Assembly: GCA_965213705.1 (NCBI GenBank)
Contig: OZ243913.1
Span: 128,001-192,000, forward strand
Source of the DNA: Trueperaceae bacterium
GTDB taxonomy: Bacteria > Deinococcota > Deinococci > Deinococcales > Trueperaceae
Direction: 5' to 3'
DNA length: 64,000 nt
The stretch's first letter is position 1, and every line of letters starts with the position of its first letter. Below the pieces are notes generated by a model, which ran no database searches, had not been told where the DNA came from, and saw only the letters and a list, made by a program, of their open reading frames with translations. Of this stretch, positions 38,517-48,737 are shown piece after piece. The position numbers were made by a program, and so were the translations under genes.

Positions 38517-39598
38517 GGGCGGCTTCGGCCTCAGCTCTGGTCATCGTCGTTGTTTTAACGCTTCTCCAAACTGCGGTGTTTGCCCAAGACGCGTCCTTGC
38601 AGGTGGGTGTTTCAGAACTGCCGCCGTTCGCGTTTCAAACGGACGGGCAGTGGGACGGCGTCGCCGTGACGTTGTGGCGCGAGGTGGCGGACGACCTCGG
38701 CTTGGAGTTCGAGTTTGTGGCGACCGAGCCCGACGCGCTCGTTGGGGCGGTTGCGGACGGGACGCTCGACCTCGGGCTTACCGGCACCGCGACGGCCGAG
38801 GCCGAGGCGAGGGCCGACTTCTCGTATCCCTACTACACCACCACCTTGAGCGTGGCGACGCCGCGCGCGCAGAGCCTGTGGAACACGCTCAGGGGACTGT
38901 TCACGGCACGCTTTTTCAGGGTGGTGCTGTTTTTGTCGGTTCTGTTGCTCGTCGTCGGGGCGCTCGTGTGGCTGATAGAGCGCGGCGGCAACGAGGATTT
39001 CGGCGGCGAGCACAGCGCGCTGCAGGGCGTCGGCGCGGGTTTTTGGTGGGCGGCCGTGACCATGACGACGATTGGCTACGGCGACAAAGCGCCCGCCACC
39101 TTTTGGGGCCGCGCGCTGGCCTTTTTGTGGATGCTGCTGGCAATGGGCATTACCGCCAGCCTCACCGCCGCGCTCGTCTCGGTGGTGGGCGCGGGGGCGG
39201 GCGGTAGTCTGTCGGTGCCGAGCGACCTGCGGGGGACGAAGGTCGGCGTTGTGGCGGACACGCCCGCCGCGTCTTACCTGGAAGGAGAAGGTATAGGGTT
39301 CCGGGCGTTCGACACACCCTTGGCGGGTCTGCGCGCCTTACAGCAGGGCGACTTGGACGCGTTCCTGGCAAGCGACGCGACCCTTCGCTACCTAAAGAGC
39401 GAGAACTCGAGCCTCACCTTTCGCCGCACCGAAACAAACACCCGGCCGCAGCGCTACGCTTTCGTGTTACCCCAGGCCGACGCACAGACAAGCCCTAGCC
39501 GCGACCTGAACCGTGAAGACTTGAACCGTGTGCTCCTGACGCGCCTCAACGCCCAGCCCTGGGGGAGGTTGTTAGAGCGCTACCTGCTCAACGAGTAA
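38513..39598 (+). CDS. GluR0-like ligand-gated K+ channel (split substrate-binding domain around M1-P-M2)
   Basis: Signal peptide, PPF.. SBP lobe, WLIER, FWWAAVTMTTIGYGD filter, second SBP lobe. Confidence 0.88.
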   Translation: MRAASASALVIVVVLTLLQTAVFAQDASLQVGVSELPPFAFQTDGQWDGVAVTLWREVADDLGLEFEFVATEPDALVGAVADGTLDLGLTGTATAEAEARADFSYPYYTTTLSVATPRAQSLWNTLRGLFTARFFRVVLFLSVLLLVVGALVWLIERGGNEDFGGEHSALQGVGAGFWWAAVTMTTIGYGDKAPATFWGRALAFLWMLLAMGITASLTAALVSVVGAGAGGSLSVPSDLRGTKVGVVADTPAASYLEGEGIGFRAFDTPLAGLRALQQGDLDAFLASDATLRYLKSENSSLTFRRTETNTRPQRYAFVLPQADAQTSPSRDLNREDLNRVLLTRLNAQPWGRLLERYLLNE

Positions 39599-39627
39599 CG
39601 ACCGAGTCAACTACCTGGCGAGCAACG

Positions 39628-40236
39628 CTAAGGCAGACCCTGTGGCAGCCAGAACACCAGCGCCGCGCAGGACACGCCTACAAAGAAGCCCCACACCACG
39701 TCGGGCACCGTGTGACGGCCTAAGTAGACGCGGGACCAAGCGACCAACCCGCACAGCGCAAACAGCAGCGCCCCAACCGGCGGTTGCAAAAAGGCGAGGA
39801 AGGTCGCGCAGGCCGCGTCGGTCAGGACGTGCAGACTCACCTTGTGGACGAGCAGGTTGACAAACGCCCCCACCGTAATCGCGACGAGCGCCGTAACAAG
39901 CGCCCACCACACGATTTCAGGTGCGGGCAGTACGGCGAGGGCGGCCAACAGAGCGACCATCGTCAGCCCGGCCATGACGTAAAGCGTGTGGCGGTCCTCG
40001 CGGCGCGACACGTCCCAGTCCTCGTAGCGCCCGCGCCGCACGCGAAACTGGATAAACGCGAACAAGGGCACCAGCGTCGTGCCGCAGGCGAAACAAGTCC
40101 ACAGCGTCGCCTCCAACGAGGTCGCCCCGGACAACCGCTGCACCGCGAACAGGGACAGCGGCGCGACAAACAGCGGGTGGAGCGCGCGCGACGCCCACAC
40201 GGCGATAAACTTTGGAACGGGCGAAAGCTCAGACAA
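39628..40236 (-). CDS. PAP2-like membrane protein
   Basis: Multi-TM; KVSLH and WSRVYLGRHT. Confidence 0.75.
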   Translation of the reverse strand: MSELSPVPKFIAVWASRALHPLFVAPLSLFAVQRLSGATSLEATLWTCFACGTTLVPLFAFIQFRVRRGRYEDWDVSRREDRHTLYVMAGLTMVALLAALAVLPAPEIVWWALVTALVAITVGAFVNLLVHKVSLHVLTDAACATFLAFLQPPVGALLFALCGLVAWSRVYLGRHTVPDVVWGFFVGVSCAALVFWLPQGLP

Positions 40237-40303
40237 ACTGGGTCCGAGCGTAACCGCGCGCGTGCGCCTCTATAAAGGGTTCTTTCACAGCGTTTAGGTT
40301 TAC

Positions 40304-40567
40304 CTAAATGCCCATGCCGCTGAGCTGCATCATGAGCTGGTTCAGGGTGAGCGTGAGGCGCGGGTGCTCGGCCTCGAAGTGCGTTACGGAACCTGACAAG
40401 TCGTCCAAAAGAGAGGTTTTGTGCTCAGCGTCGTCGGGGTCGTCCAGGTGCCTCTCGACGGCCCCGATGTGGCGCTCGAGCCGCGCCCGGTCAGTGTCGC
40501 CGGGGGGCAGCGCGTCCGCCTCGGCGCGGAGGTCGTCAAGCGTTCGTTGCCACTCGTCATGAGTCAT
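40304..40567 (-). CDS. DUF4404 family protein
   Basis: FEAEHPRL...LSGMGI C-terminus. Confidence 0.8.
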   Translation of the reverse strand: MTHDEWQRTLDDLRAEADALPPGDTDRARLERHIGAVERHLDDPDDAEHKTSLLDDLSGSVTHFEAEHPRLTLTLNQLMMQLSGMGI

Positions 40568-40606
40568 ATATTTACGATACTGCGCTCGAGAGGGCTTGTC
40601 CAGCCT

Positions 40607-42976
40607 TCAAATAATCTGCCGAAACCCGACGGCCTCGCTGCGGCGCTTCAGTTCGGCCTTCAATCGGCTGGCCCAGGGCGCGTTGAGTTGGGGGTCGGCG
40701 TCCAGCATCCGCTTGGCTAAGTCCCTTGACTTCTCGATGATGTCGCCGTCTTGGATCAGGTCGCCCAAGACCAGGTCGGGCAGCCCGGACTGGCGCGTGC
40801 CGCGAATCTCGCCGGGGCCGCGCAGTTCTAAGTCTTTTTCGGCGATGACGAAACCGTCGGTGTACTTTTCGATGACTTCCAAGCGGTGCTGCGTTTTCTT
40901 GCTGCGGTCACCCGCGACGAGGATGCAAAAGCTCTCGTGTTCGCCCCGCCCGACCCGCCCGCGGAGCTGGTGAAGTTGCGACAAACCGAAGCGCTCGGCG
41001 TTTTCGATAATCATCACGCTGGCGTTGGGGATGTCCACGCCGACCTCGATGACGGTGGTGGAGACGAGCAGGTCGAACTCGTGGCGGCGAAAGCGCTCCA
41101 TCGTCTCGTCTTTCTCGACGCCGGTCATCTTGCCGTGGAGCATGTCGATTCGGCAACCTTCGGGCATGATGAGCTTCAAGTCCTCGAACATCTGCGTGGT
41201 CGAGACGATGTGCTCGAGGGCTTCGGAATCTTCAATAAGAGGTGTGACCAGGTAAACCTGCCGCCCTTTTTGAATCTCGCCCCAGGCGAAGCGGTACACG
41301 TCGCGGCGTTTCGAGTCGTTCACCAGGCGCGTTTTGATGGGCTGGCGGCCCGGCGGCAGTTCGTCAATCACCGAGAGTTCTAAGTCGCCGTAGTAGGTCA
41401 GCGCCAAACTCCGCGGGATGGGCGTCGCGCTCATCACCAGCACGTCCGGGTTGCCCTGGAGGAGCTTGCGCCGCTGCTCGACGCCGAAGCGGTGCTCCTC
41501 GTCCACGACGGCTAACCCCAAGTCGCGGAACACCACGCCCTCCTGAATCAGCGCGTGCGTGCCGACGGCGAGGTCGACCTGGCTGCCGCTCAGCCGCTCG
41601 CGGGCCTCGCGGCGTTCGCGGTAGCTCATCGTGCCGATGAACAGTTCGCTCTGCACGCCGAGCGGGTAGAGGTACGCTATCAGGTTGAGGAAGTGCTGCC
41701 GCGCCAGGATTTCGGTCGGGGCCATGAGCGCGACCTGAAAACCGTTTTTTATCGCCACGAACGCCGCCGCCGCCGCGACGGCCGTCTTGCCCGAGCCCAC
41801 GTCGCCCTGGAGCAACCTAGCCATCTGTTTGGGCTCGGCCATGTCGGCCAGGATTTCGCGCAGCGCGCGGTCTTGCGCCCCGGTGAGTTTGAAGGGCAGG
41901 CTCGAGGAAAACGTCTTCAAGTCGCGTTCACGCACCGTGAAGTGTTTGCCCAACAGCGTCGTGTCGCGGTTGAGGAGCACGCGGAGTTCCAAGAAGAAAA
42001 ACTCGTCGAACTTCAAGCGCCGCGTCGCGGCTTGCAGGGCTTGCTCACTCGTCGGAAAGTGAATCTCACGTACCGCTGTGTCGAAGCTCACCAACGAGAA
42101 GCGGTCTAAAACGCTTTTCGGCAGGTGGTCGGGCAGCGTGGGCAGGGCTTCTAAGAGCCGGTAAGCCGCGCGGCGGATGTAGGCTTGCGACAAGCCTTGC
42201 GTCGCCCCGTAAATCCCCACGATTCGCCCGGCCGACAGCGACTCGCCCTCCTCGTCGATTTCGTGGTGCGCCACGCCTATGTCGACAAAGCGCCCCTTGC
42301 GTTTCACCTTGCCGGAGACGATTAAACGCTGGCCCGGAAAAAGCTGACTCTCCAACCACGGCTGGTTGAACCACACCGCCGTCACCCGGCCGCCGTGCTG
42401 GTCCTCCAACACCGCGCGCATCACACTCATGCCGCGTTTGGACTTGACCGCCTTGCGTCCGGTGACGGTGCCGACCAGCGTCACGCTCTCCTGGTCGCCC
42501 AACGCGCCGAAGTGCGGCAGGGCGCGGCGGTCTTCGTAGCGCTTGGGGTAGGTGTAGACGAGGTCGCGGTAGCTGTGGACGCCGATTCCGGCCAGTTTTT
42601 TGGGGGCTTGCGCGCCCAAGTCAATGGTTTTGTCGCTCAGGCTGTGGTCAAGGACGTTCAGCTCGAGGGTTTCGCGGGGCGTCTCCGGAACCGGCTCGGG
42701 CTCTGGCTTTTTGGTCCTGTTAAGTTTTTTGGCAGCTACGGGTGAAGCGCCCTCAGGCTCGAGCAAAGAGAGGGCTTGCTCGAGCTTTTGCTGCCTCTCG
42801 TCGGGCTCCAGGTCCGCGTAGCCCTTGACGAGCGCGCGCACGTCGCCGAACGGCTTACCGACCGTCTCGACGAGCTTTTCGATGCCGCCCACCACGACCC
42901 CGTCCTGGCAACCGGAGCGCAGTTCCAACAACAGGGGTTTTTTGAGGCGCTCGCGCAGGTCCTGGACACTTGCCAC
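40607..42976 (-). CDS. recG: ATP-dependent DNA helicase RecG
   Basis: QGDVGSGKT, DEEHRFGV.QR, MSATPIPR, QLHQLRGRVGRG, DLELRGPGE. Confidence 0.97.
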   Translation of the reverse strand: MASVQDLRERLKKPLLLELRSGCQDGVVVGGIEKLVETVGKPFGDVRALVKGYADLEPDERQQKLEQALSLLEPEGASPVAAKKLNRTKKPEPEPVPETPRETLELNVLDHSLSDKTIDLGAQAPKKLAGIGVHSYRDLVYTYPKRYEDRRALPHFGALGDQESVTLVGTVTGRKAVKSKRGMSVMRAVLEDQHGGRVTAVWFNQPWLESQLFPGQRLIVSGKVKRKGRFVDIGVAHHEIDEEGESLSAGRIVGIYGATQGLSQAYIRRAAYRLLEALPTLPDHLPKSVLDRFSLVSFDTAVREIHFPTSEQALQAATRRLKFDEFFFLELRVLLNRDTTLLGKHFTVRERDLKTFSSSLPFKLTGAQDRALREILADMAEPKQMARLLQGDVGSGKTAVAAAAAFVAIKNGFQVALMAPTEILARQHFLNLIAYLYPLGVQSELFIGTMSYRERREARERLSGSQVDLAVGTHALIQEGVVFRDLGLAVVDEEHRFGVEQRRKLLQGNPDVLVMSATPIPRSLALTYYGDLELSVIDELPPGRQPIKTRLVNDSKRRDVYRFAWGEIQKGRQVYLVTPLIEDSEALEHIVSTTQMFEDLKLIMPEGCRIDMLHGKMTGVEKDETMERFRRHEFDLLVSTTVIEVGVDIPNASVMIIENAERFGLSQLHQLRGRVGRGEHESFCILVAGDRSKKTQHRLEVIEKYTDGFVIAEKDLELRGPGEIRGTRQSGLPDLVLGDLIQDGDIIEKSRDLAKRMLDADPQLNAPWASRLKAELKRRSEAVGFRQII

Positions 42977-43207
42977 GCCACTAAGTTTACATGCCGCAGC
43001 AAGTGGGCGGTGTCGAGCAGCGTCCGGGTCTCACGATTTACAAAGTGTTGGGGTTCATCGGTCGCTCTCAAACAGACTGCGAAGAACGAGCGACGAACAA
43101 CTCTTCCTCTCCGGTTCACAGTCTTGCGCAAACAAGTCGGGACGAAACGCCTGGCGAAAGCGGGGTTCTGACAAATCTATTTGAAAAGTTTGAGTATAGT
43201 TGTCTTT

Positions 43208-45031
43208 ATGACGTTTTTTCTCGAGCACGTAGGTCTCGCTATCGGCCTCGTCGTCGCGCTAGGCGCGGCGGCGCAGTGGCTGGCTTGGCGCGTCGGGCTG
43301 CCCGCTATTTTGCCGCTCTTGATCATCGGCTTCTTTTTGGGGCCGGTTTTAGGCCTCGTCAACCCGACCGACTTCGTCAGCGAAGATTTGCTGTTTCCGG
43401 CGATTTCACTCGCAGTCGGTTTGATTTTGTTCGAGGGTGGCCTGACACTGAGGTTCTCCGAATTGCGCGAAATCAGGGGCGTGGTGCGGCGACTCGTGAG
43501 TGTCGGCGCGCTCGTGACCTGGCTCGGCGCGACCGCCGCGGGGCACTACATCGTCGGCCTCAACCTAGGGCTGTCGTTTTTGTTCGGCGCGCTCGTGATG
43601 GTCACCGGCCCGACGGTCATCGGGCCGCTGCTGCGCATTGTGCGACCCACCTCCAAGGTCGGCAACGTGCTCAAGTGGGAGGGTATCTTAATCGACCCCA
43701 TCGGCGCGATGGTGGCGGTGCTGGTATTCGAGTATCTGGTGACTTTCAACCGAAGCGAAGCCTTAGGCCAGGTCGTGCTCGTGTTTTTGAAGTTCGTCGG
43801 GGTCGGTGGGCTGACCGGAGTTGTGGGCGGCCTGCTGCTCGCGGTTCTTCTCTCGCGTCGCCTCGTCCCGGACTACCTTGTCAGCTTAGTCGCGCTGGGT
43901 TTCGTGTTTTTGGTGTTCGCGGTGTCGGGTACCTTTGCCGAGGAGTCGGGTCTGCTGGCGACGACGATCATGGGCATCATCCTGGCAAACCGGCAGGTGC
44001 CGAACATCAAAAACCTGCTGAATTTCAAAGAAGACCTGACCGTGCTTTTTATCTCGCTGCTTTTTATCGTGCTCGCCGCCAACATCGAACTGGATACTCT
44101 ACTCCAGGTGCTGGACTTTTCGACCCTGCTGCTGCTGGCCGCCCTCATGCTGGTGGTGCGTCCGCTGAGCATCTTCATCAGCACCATCGGCTCGGACTTT
44201 ACTGTCAGGGAAAAGCTTTACCTGTCCTGGATAGCGCCGCGCGGCATCGTGGCGGCGGCGGTCAGTTCGCTGTTCGCCGCGGAACTGGTCGCCGAGGGCG
44301 CGACCGACGCCGCCGTTTTGGCACCGCTGGTTTTTACGGTCATCGTGGGCACGGTGCTGCTCAACAGCTTGACCGCTAAACCCGTGGCGCGCCTACTGGG
44401 CATCGCCGAGCCCGACCCGCAAGGTTTTCTCATCATGGGCGCGCACCCGTTCGCGCGGCGCATCGCCGAGTTTTTAAAAGGTGAGGGCGTGAACGTGTTG
44501 TTGTCAGACACCAACTGGCAAAACGTGTCGGCGGCGCGCGTCGAAGGCTTGGACGCTTACTACGGCAGTTTGCTGTCCGAGCGAAGCGACGACGAGTTGC
44601 GTTTATCCGGCATCGGCAGGCTGCTCGCACTCACCAGCAACGACGAGGCCAACGGTCTCGCCGCCCTGAAATACGCGCGCGAGTTCGATTCGCTGCACGT
44701 CTACCAGCTCAAACCCGGCCGCCCCAGCGAACGCGACCAGATAAGCGACGAGAGCCGCGGGCGCCTCCTGTTTCACAAGGCCGTCACCTACGCTGAGTTG
44801 AGCCACCTGTTCAGCCGCGGCGCGAAGATCAAAAAGACGAACATCACCGAGCGTTTCAACCTTGCCGACTTCGAAGCCGTCCACGGCACCAACTACTTGC
44901 CCATGTTTGTCATCAACGGTTCCAACGTGCGCGTGCTCGCCGAAGACGACCCCATTCAGGAAACGACCGGGACGCTGGTCGCGCTGGTCTTGGAGCCCGA
45001 ACCCGAAGAGGTTATGGCGGCGACGGCGTAA
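43208..45031 (+). CDS. NhaP/CPA1-type cation:proton antiporter with C-terminal RCK/TrkA-N-like domain
   Basis: ILFEGGL, VTGPTVI, WEGILIDP, IAPRGIVAA; ATG 43208 lies 7 nt after TATAGT. Confidence 0.9.
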   Translation: MTFFLEHVGLAIGLVVALGAAAQWLAWRVGLPAILPLLIIGFFLGPVLGLVNPTDFVSEDLLFPAISLAVGLILFEGGLTLRFSELREIRGVVRRLVSVGALVTWLGATAAGHYIVGLNLGLSFLFGALVMVTGPTVIGPLLRIVRPTSKVGNVLKWEGILIDPIGAMVAVLVFEYLVTFNRSEALGQVVLVFLKFVGVGGLTGVVGGLLLAVLLSRRLVPDYLVSLVALGFVFLVFAVSGTFAEESGLLATTIMGIILANRQVPNIKNLLNFKEDLTVLFISLLFIVLAANIELDTLLQVLDFSTLLLLAALMLVVRPLSIFISTIGSDFTVREKLYLSWIAPRGIVAAAVSSLFAAELVAEGATDAAVLAPLVFTVIVGTVLLNSLTAKPVARLLGIAEPDPQGFLIMGAHPFARRIAEFLKGEGVNVLLSDTNWQNVSAARVEGLDAYYGSLLSERSDDELRLSGIGRLLALTSNDEANGLAALKYAREFDSLHVYQLKPGRPSERDQISDESRGRLLFHKAVTYAELSHLFSRGAKIKKTNITERFNLADFEAVHGTNYLPMFVINGSNVRVLAEDDPIQETTGTLVALVLEPEPEEVMAATA

Positions 45032-45175
45032 GAAAAGACGCATTTACAACAATAGAACGAGTGTACAGCCCTCGTTCTATTTCTTCTCGCTGAGCAGTCC
45101 TGAACCGATGGTATCATCAACGATTTACCAACGCTCAGCAATTAAAGTCACTACCTCTGGTTCAGGACTGCTTGC

Positions 45176-45205
45176 TCCGGTTAATTCCTTAAAGAATTAA
45201 CCGGA
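45176..45205. terminator. 12-bp hairpin between convergent genes
   Basis: TCCGGTTAATTC-cttaaa-GAATTAACCGGA. Confidence 0.6.
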
Positions 45206-45212
45206 AAGGGTG

Positions 45213-45914
45213 TTACTCGCTCGCCTCGTCCAAAAACTGCTGCAACTTTTTCGGGTTGACCGTGATTGGTGCGCGGCGGCGGCGCACCGCGCCGTACTCG
45301 AGCAACCTCGCCAAGCAGTGCGACACGGTTTCGCGGGTCGCGCCTATCATCTTGGCTAAGTCTTGCTGGGTCAGGTTCAGGTCGATGACCGTGCCACGCT
45401 CGCCGTCGACGCCGAAGTCGCTCGAGAGCCGCAGCAGCAGGTTCGCCAAGCGGCCCGGCGCGTCGTAAGCGCCGACCTCGGCGAACCGCGCCTCGGCGCG
45501 CCACAGGTTGGTGGACATGACCTGGATGAACTTCATGGCGATTTTGGGGTACTGCTGGAGCAAGCGCTGAAAGTCGGTTTCGGGCAGCACGATGAGGGTG
45601 GTGTCGCTCACCGCCTCGGCCTGGTTGGGGCGGCGCTCGCTTTGCAGCAGCAGCAACTCGCCAAAAGCGTCGTACTTGCCGAACAGCGCCAAAATCATCT
45701 CTTTGCCGTTGGGAAAGTACATCGAGATTTTGACCATGCCGTCGCGGATAAAGTAGAGCGCGTCGGCGGGGTCTTCCATGTGGTAGATGATTTCCCCGGC
45801 GCTGAACTTTTTGTACGGGGTGATGCGGGTGATTTGCTCCAACTCGTCCTCGGACAAGTCTTCGAACAACTGCGTGTTTTTGAGGTGCCAAACGAGGCTG
45901 GGATATTCTTGCAT
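45213..45914 (-). CDS. Crp/Fnr family transcriptional regulator
   Basis: cNMP-binding barrel (FGE..L...R), HTH LTQQDLAKMIGATRETVS. Confidence 0.93.
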   Translation of the reverse strand: MQEYPSLVWHLKNTQLFEDLSEDELEQITRITPYKKFSAGEIIYHMEDPADALYFIRDGMVKISMYFPNGKEMILALFGKYDAFGELLLLQSERRPNQAEAVSDTTLIVLPETDFQRLLQQYPKIAMKFIQVMSTNLWRAEARFAEVGAYDAPGRLANLLLRLSSDFGVDGERGTVIDLNLTQQDLAKMIGATRETVSHCLARLLEYGAVRRRRAPITVNPKKLQQFLDEASE

Positions 45915-46010
45915 GGGTCAGAGTATCTTACCGGCGCGGCTCTAAGCAACACTAAAATGAGAAAAATGGGCGAAATTGAGGGGAAAGTGAGATTATTCGC
46001 ACCGCGTCTT

Positions 46011-46931
46011 CTAGGCTATTCGGGGCGGCCCCGGCAAGTAAGTGTCGTCCGGCAACGCCGCGAGTTGGGTCAACTGACTTTTCACAAGCCCGGATAGTTC
46101 GGCCTCGCCGGGCGGCTCGAGCAGCAAGCTGAGCGGGTGCCGCTTCGCCAGTTCGTTCAGCACCACGAAACCGATAACGTAGCCCGCGCGACCCGGCACC
46201 TGGGGGTCGTTCGTCCAGGGGGTGAAGTAACGCCTGTTCGTCTTTTCATCCGTCGACGCCAGCTTGGCGGCGAGGTCGGAGGCTAAAAAAGCCCTGTCCT
46301 GCCAGACCCGTTTGAACAAACCCTCGGGGAAGTCGAGGGTCAGCTCAACGTAGTCGGCCGACGGGTTGAGGAGGTGACTGACGTAGACCGCCAAGCCTTC
46401 TTCCCACAAACTCAGCAAAAGCTTATCCGAACCGTACCAGTGCGTCGTCGGGACGTGCAGTTGCTTGGTGTAGGCGTGCAACAGCTCGTGGTGAAAGAAG
46501 GGCGTTTCGTTTTCCCAGGGGTGATACCTAGCCATCATGTCCAGACCGAAGATAAAGGTGTGCTCGCCGTCCAGCTTGCGCGTGCCCCCGTCCATGCTTT
46601 TTAGAGAGTGCAGCAGGTGAACGTCGAAACCCGCGTCGAAGTCGGGAAAGGTTTGTTGAAACGACGCCACCGCGTCTGCAAGCTGCTTCGGCACGGCGCT
46701 TTGCAGCCGGACGAACTCGTCCCGGTAAGTTCCAAAAGCCGCTAACTCCCCCAACAGCGCGGCCTCGACGTCCTCCCCCCGCTTTTCCCATTCGGACAAC
46801 CGCAGACTGTAAAAAGCGGGGTTGGCGGGGTGCAGGTCGGACCAGAAACGCCTCAGCTTTTCGGCGTCCGACTCGCCTTGGGTCGCGTCGAAAAAGGTGA
46901 GAAAGTGAGGAGTTGTGTCATGAACCGTCAT
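46011..46931 (-). CDS. Putative Zn-dependent protease (DUF2268-like)
   Basis: HELLH ... EEGLA gluzincin pattern, RAGYVIG. Confidence 0.7.
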   Translation of the reverse strand: MTVHDTTPHFLTFFDATQGESDAEKLRRFWSDLHPANPAFYSLRLSEWEKRGEDVEAALLGELAAFGTYRDEFVRLQSAVPKQLADAVASFQQTFPDFDAGFDVHLLHSLKSMDGGTRKLDGEHTFIFGLDMMARYHPWENETPFFHHELLHAYTKQLHVPTTHWYGSDKLLLSLWEEGLAVYVSHLLNPSADYVELTLDFPEGLFKRVWQDRAFLASDLAAKLASTDEKTNRRYFTPWTNDPQVPGRAGYVIGFVVLNELAKRHPLSLLLEPPGEAELSGLVKSQLTQLAALPDDTYLPGPPRIA

Positions 46932-46964
46932 TGAGCTGGACCTTTGGCGCGTGACATGTCCTGA

Positions 46965-47969
46965 TTACAGGTTGAGGAAGGGCTCGAGCCGCCGCACGCC
47001 CGTCAGCTTTTCCCGCAAACGCTCGCCGTACGCTGAACCGGTAAAGTCGTCTATCGTCACGCGCATGTAGTGGGCGTTGGCGTGAATAAAACGTGTACCG
47101 CCCAAAGACAGCGCCACGTGGCCGGGAAAAAAGAGGAGGTCGCCGGGTTGCGCGTCGTCGGGGCCGACTTCCGCGCCGCAGCGCGCTTGCTGGTCCGCGT
47201 CGCGGGGCAAGGCCACACCGAACGCGCCGTAAACGGTCTGGACGAGGCCCGAGCAGTCCAGGCCCCAGGCGCTCACGCCGCCCCAACTGTAGGGCGTCTC
47301 GAGAAACCTCTTTGCAAAATGGGTCACGGCGTGCGGACTGGGTTCGGGGTGAGGAGTAGTTAGGGGCTCGAGCAAACTCGTCCTGACGTACCCCGTTCCG
47401 TCACGCCCGTACACGACCCGCGCCCAGCCTTTTTCCTCACCTTCGACCCGCAACGCTCCTCCGAACGAAAGCTCGAAAAGACGTTCGCTCGCCACCGTCG
47501 GCGCGGCGAAAACGTGGCCGCGCGGCGCGGTAAAGCGGTAGTTGGGCTCGGGCAGGGTTTCGGCAAGCGCGGCAGCGTTCAACCAGCCCAAATACCCGTC
47601 ACGTTCCGTTGTCACGCGCAACCAGGCGTCCACGCGGTCGTAAACGTGTACCCGTTCGCCGTAGAGAAGTTCGTTCGCGGTTTCGCCGTCGGGGCGGGGC
47701 GCGGCGCGCAAAAAGACACGCTGGGGTAGGACGTAATGCAGGGTCGGGCTTATAAACTCGACCGCCGACCCGATACCTTGCTCGGCAGCAAAATGGGACA
47801 GGTCGGGCTCGAGCGCAGCTTCGGCCACCCCGGTCAGCACGCCGCCCTGCACGCCCACGTCGCAGAGCGCGGTGCGCGGGTCAGGGACGAGGTCACGTCT
47901 AAAGCGTGCAAAAGTTTCGGTCAAACTCGCAGGTTCCGGACTCACAGGACGACTCGTTTCAGACGCCAC
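46965..47969 (-). CDS. NlpC/P60 (C40) peptidase with SH3b domains, YkfC-like
   Basis: PYSWGG, GLDCSGLVQ, LPRDADQQ, GHVA, FIHA; GTG start overlapping the mrpG stop region. Confidence 0.88.
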   Translation of the reverse strand: MASETSRPVSPEPASLTETFARFRRDLVPDPRTALCDVGVQGGVLTGVAEAALEPDLSHFAAEQGIGSAVEFISPTLHYVLPQRVFLRAAPRPDGETANELLYGERVHVYDRVDAWLRVTTERDGYLGWLNAAALAETLPEPNYRFTAPRGHVFAAPTVASERLFELSFGGALRVEGEEKGWARVVYGRDGTGYVRTSLLEPLTTPHPEPSPHAVTHFAKRFLETPYSWGGVSAWGLDCSGLVQTVYGAFGVALPRDADQQARCGAEVGPDDAQPGDLLFFPGHVALSLGGTRFIHANAHYMRVTIDDFTGSAYGERLREKLTGVRRLEPFLNL

Positions 47970-48438
47970 GATTGGACAACCCCGCCGGGTCTTCGGCGTC
48001 GCTGGGGCCGAGCGCTTCGGAGGCCGCGCCGAGCGCGCCCCACTCGTCCACGCTGCCCTCCTCAAGATAGGGTTCGAGGCCGCGCAGGTAGCCCGCGCGC
48101 GCAATCATGTAGCTCGACAAGGGCGCGGTGAGAAAGAAAAACGCGGCCGTGAGCAGCACCCGCTGGGTCACGCCGAGGGGCGCGAAGGCAATCGCCGCGC
48201 CGCCGAACACGCCGATGCCGCCCAGAGTCACGAGCTTGCTCGAGGCGTGCAGGCGCGCGTAAAAGTCCGGAAACCTGAGCATTCCGATACCCGCCGTGAG
48301 GATGAACACGCAACCGAACAAGATGAGCAGTTCCGCGACCACGCTGCTCCTGACCGCTCGCTCGACGCTCGCCGCCTCCGGCGAGGCGAACGCGACCGCG
48401 CTCAGCAGCCCTAGCCAGACGTTGAGCTTGCCCCTCAC
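47959..48438 (-). CDS. mrpG: Mrp Na+/H+ antiporter subunit G
   Basis: RFPDFYARLHASSK, FLTAP. Confidence 0.9.
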   Translation of the reverse strand: MRGKLNVWLGLLSAVAFASPEAASVERAVRSSVVAELLILFGCVFILTAGIGMLRFPDFYARLHASSKLVTLGGIGVFGGAAIAFAPLGVTQRVLLTAAFFFLTAPLSSYMIARAGYLRGLEPYLEEGSVDEWGALGAASEALGPSDAEDPAGLSNRGV

Positions 48439-48695
48439 CGCATCACCCGGCCGCCCAGCAAGTACCGCGCCAGCGCGACCGTGCTCAAAAAACCCAAAAT
48501 CGACACGATGAGCGCCACGTCGATAAACGCCGCCTGACCCGTTTTGAGGGCAACCACCATGACGAGCACCGCCACGCCGGTGCTCAAGAAGTCCAGCGCC
48601 GCGATGCGGTCACCCCAGGTCGGCCCGGCCAGCGCCCGGTAAAGCGTGAGGCCGATGGCGACGACGAGACAAACGAGTGCGATGGTTAGGACCAT
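48435..48695 (-). CDS. mrpF: Mrp antiporter subunit F
   Basis: GPTWGDRIAALD, LGFLSTVALARY; ATG 48695 with GGAGG RBS. Confidence 0.9.
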   Translation of the reverse strand: MVLTIALVCLVVAIGLTLYRALAGPTWGDRIAALDFLSTGVAVLVMVVALKTGQAAFIDVALIVSILGFLSTVALARYLLGGRVMR

Positions 48696-48737
48696 GATGA
48701 CCTCCGTAGGGAGTGTAGGTTTTGAAATAGGCTTGGG

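Noticed and set aside
45213..45914. The Crp/Fnr protein as the regulator of the four-promoter motif
   Set aside because: The motif is a direct repeat, not a TGTGA-N6-TCACA-type palindrome; no evidence links them
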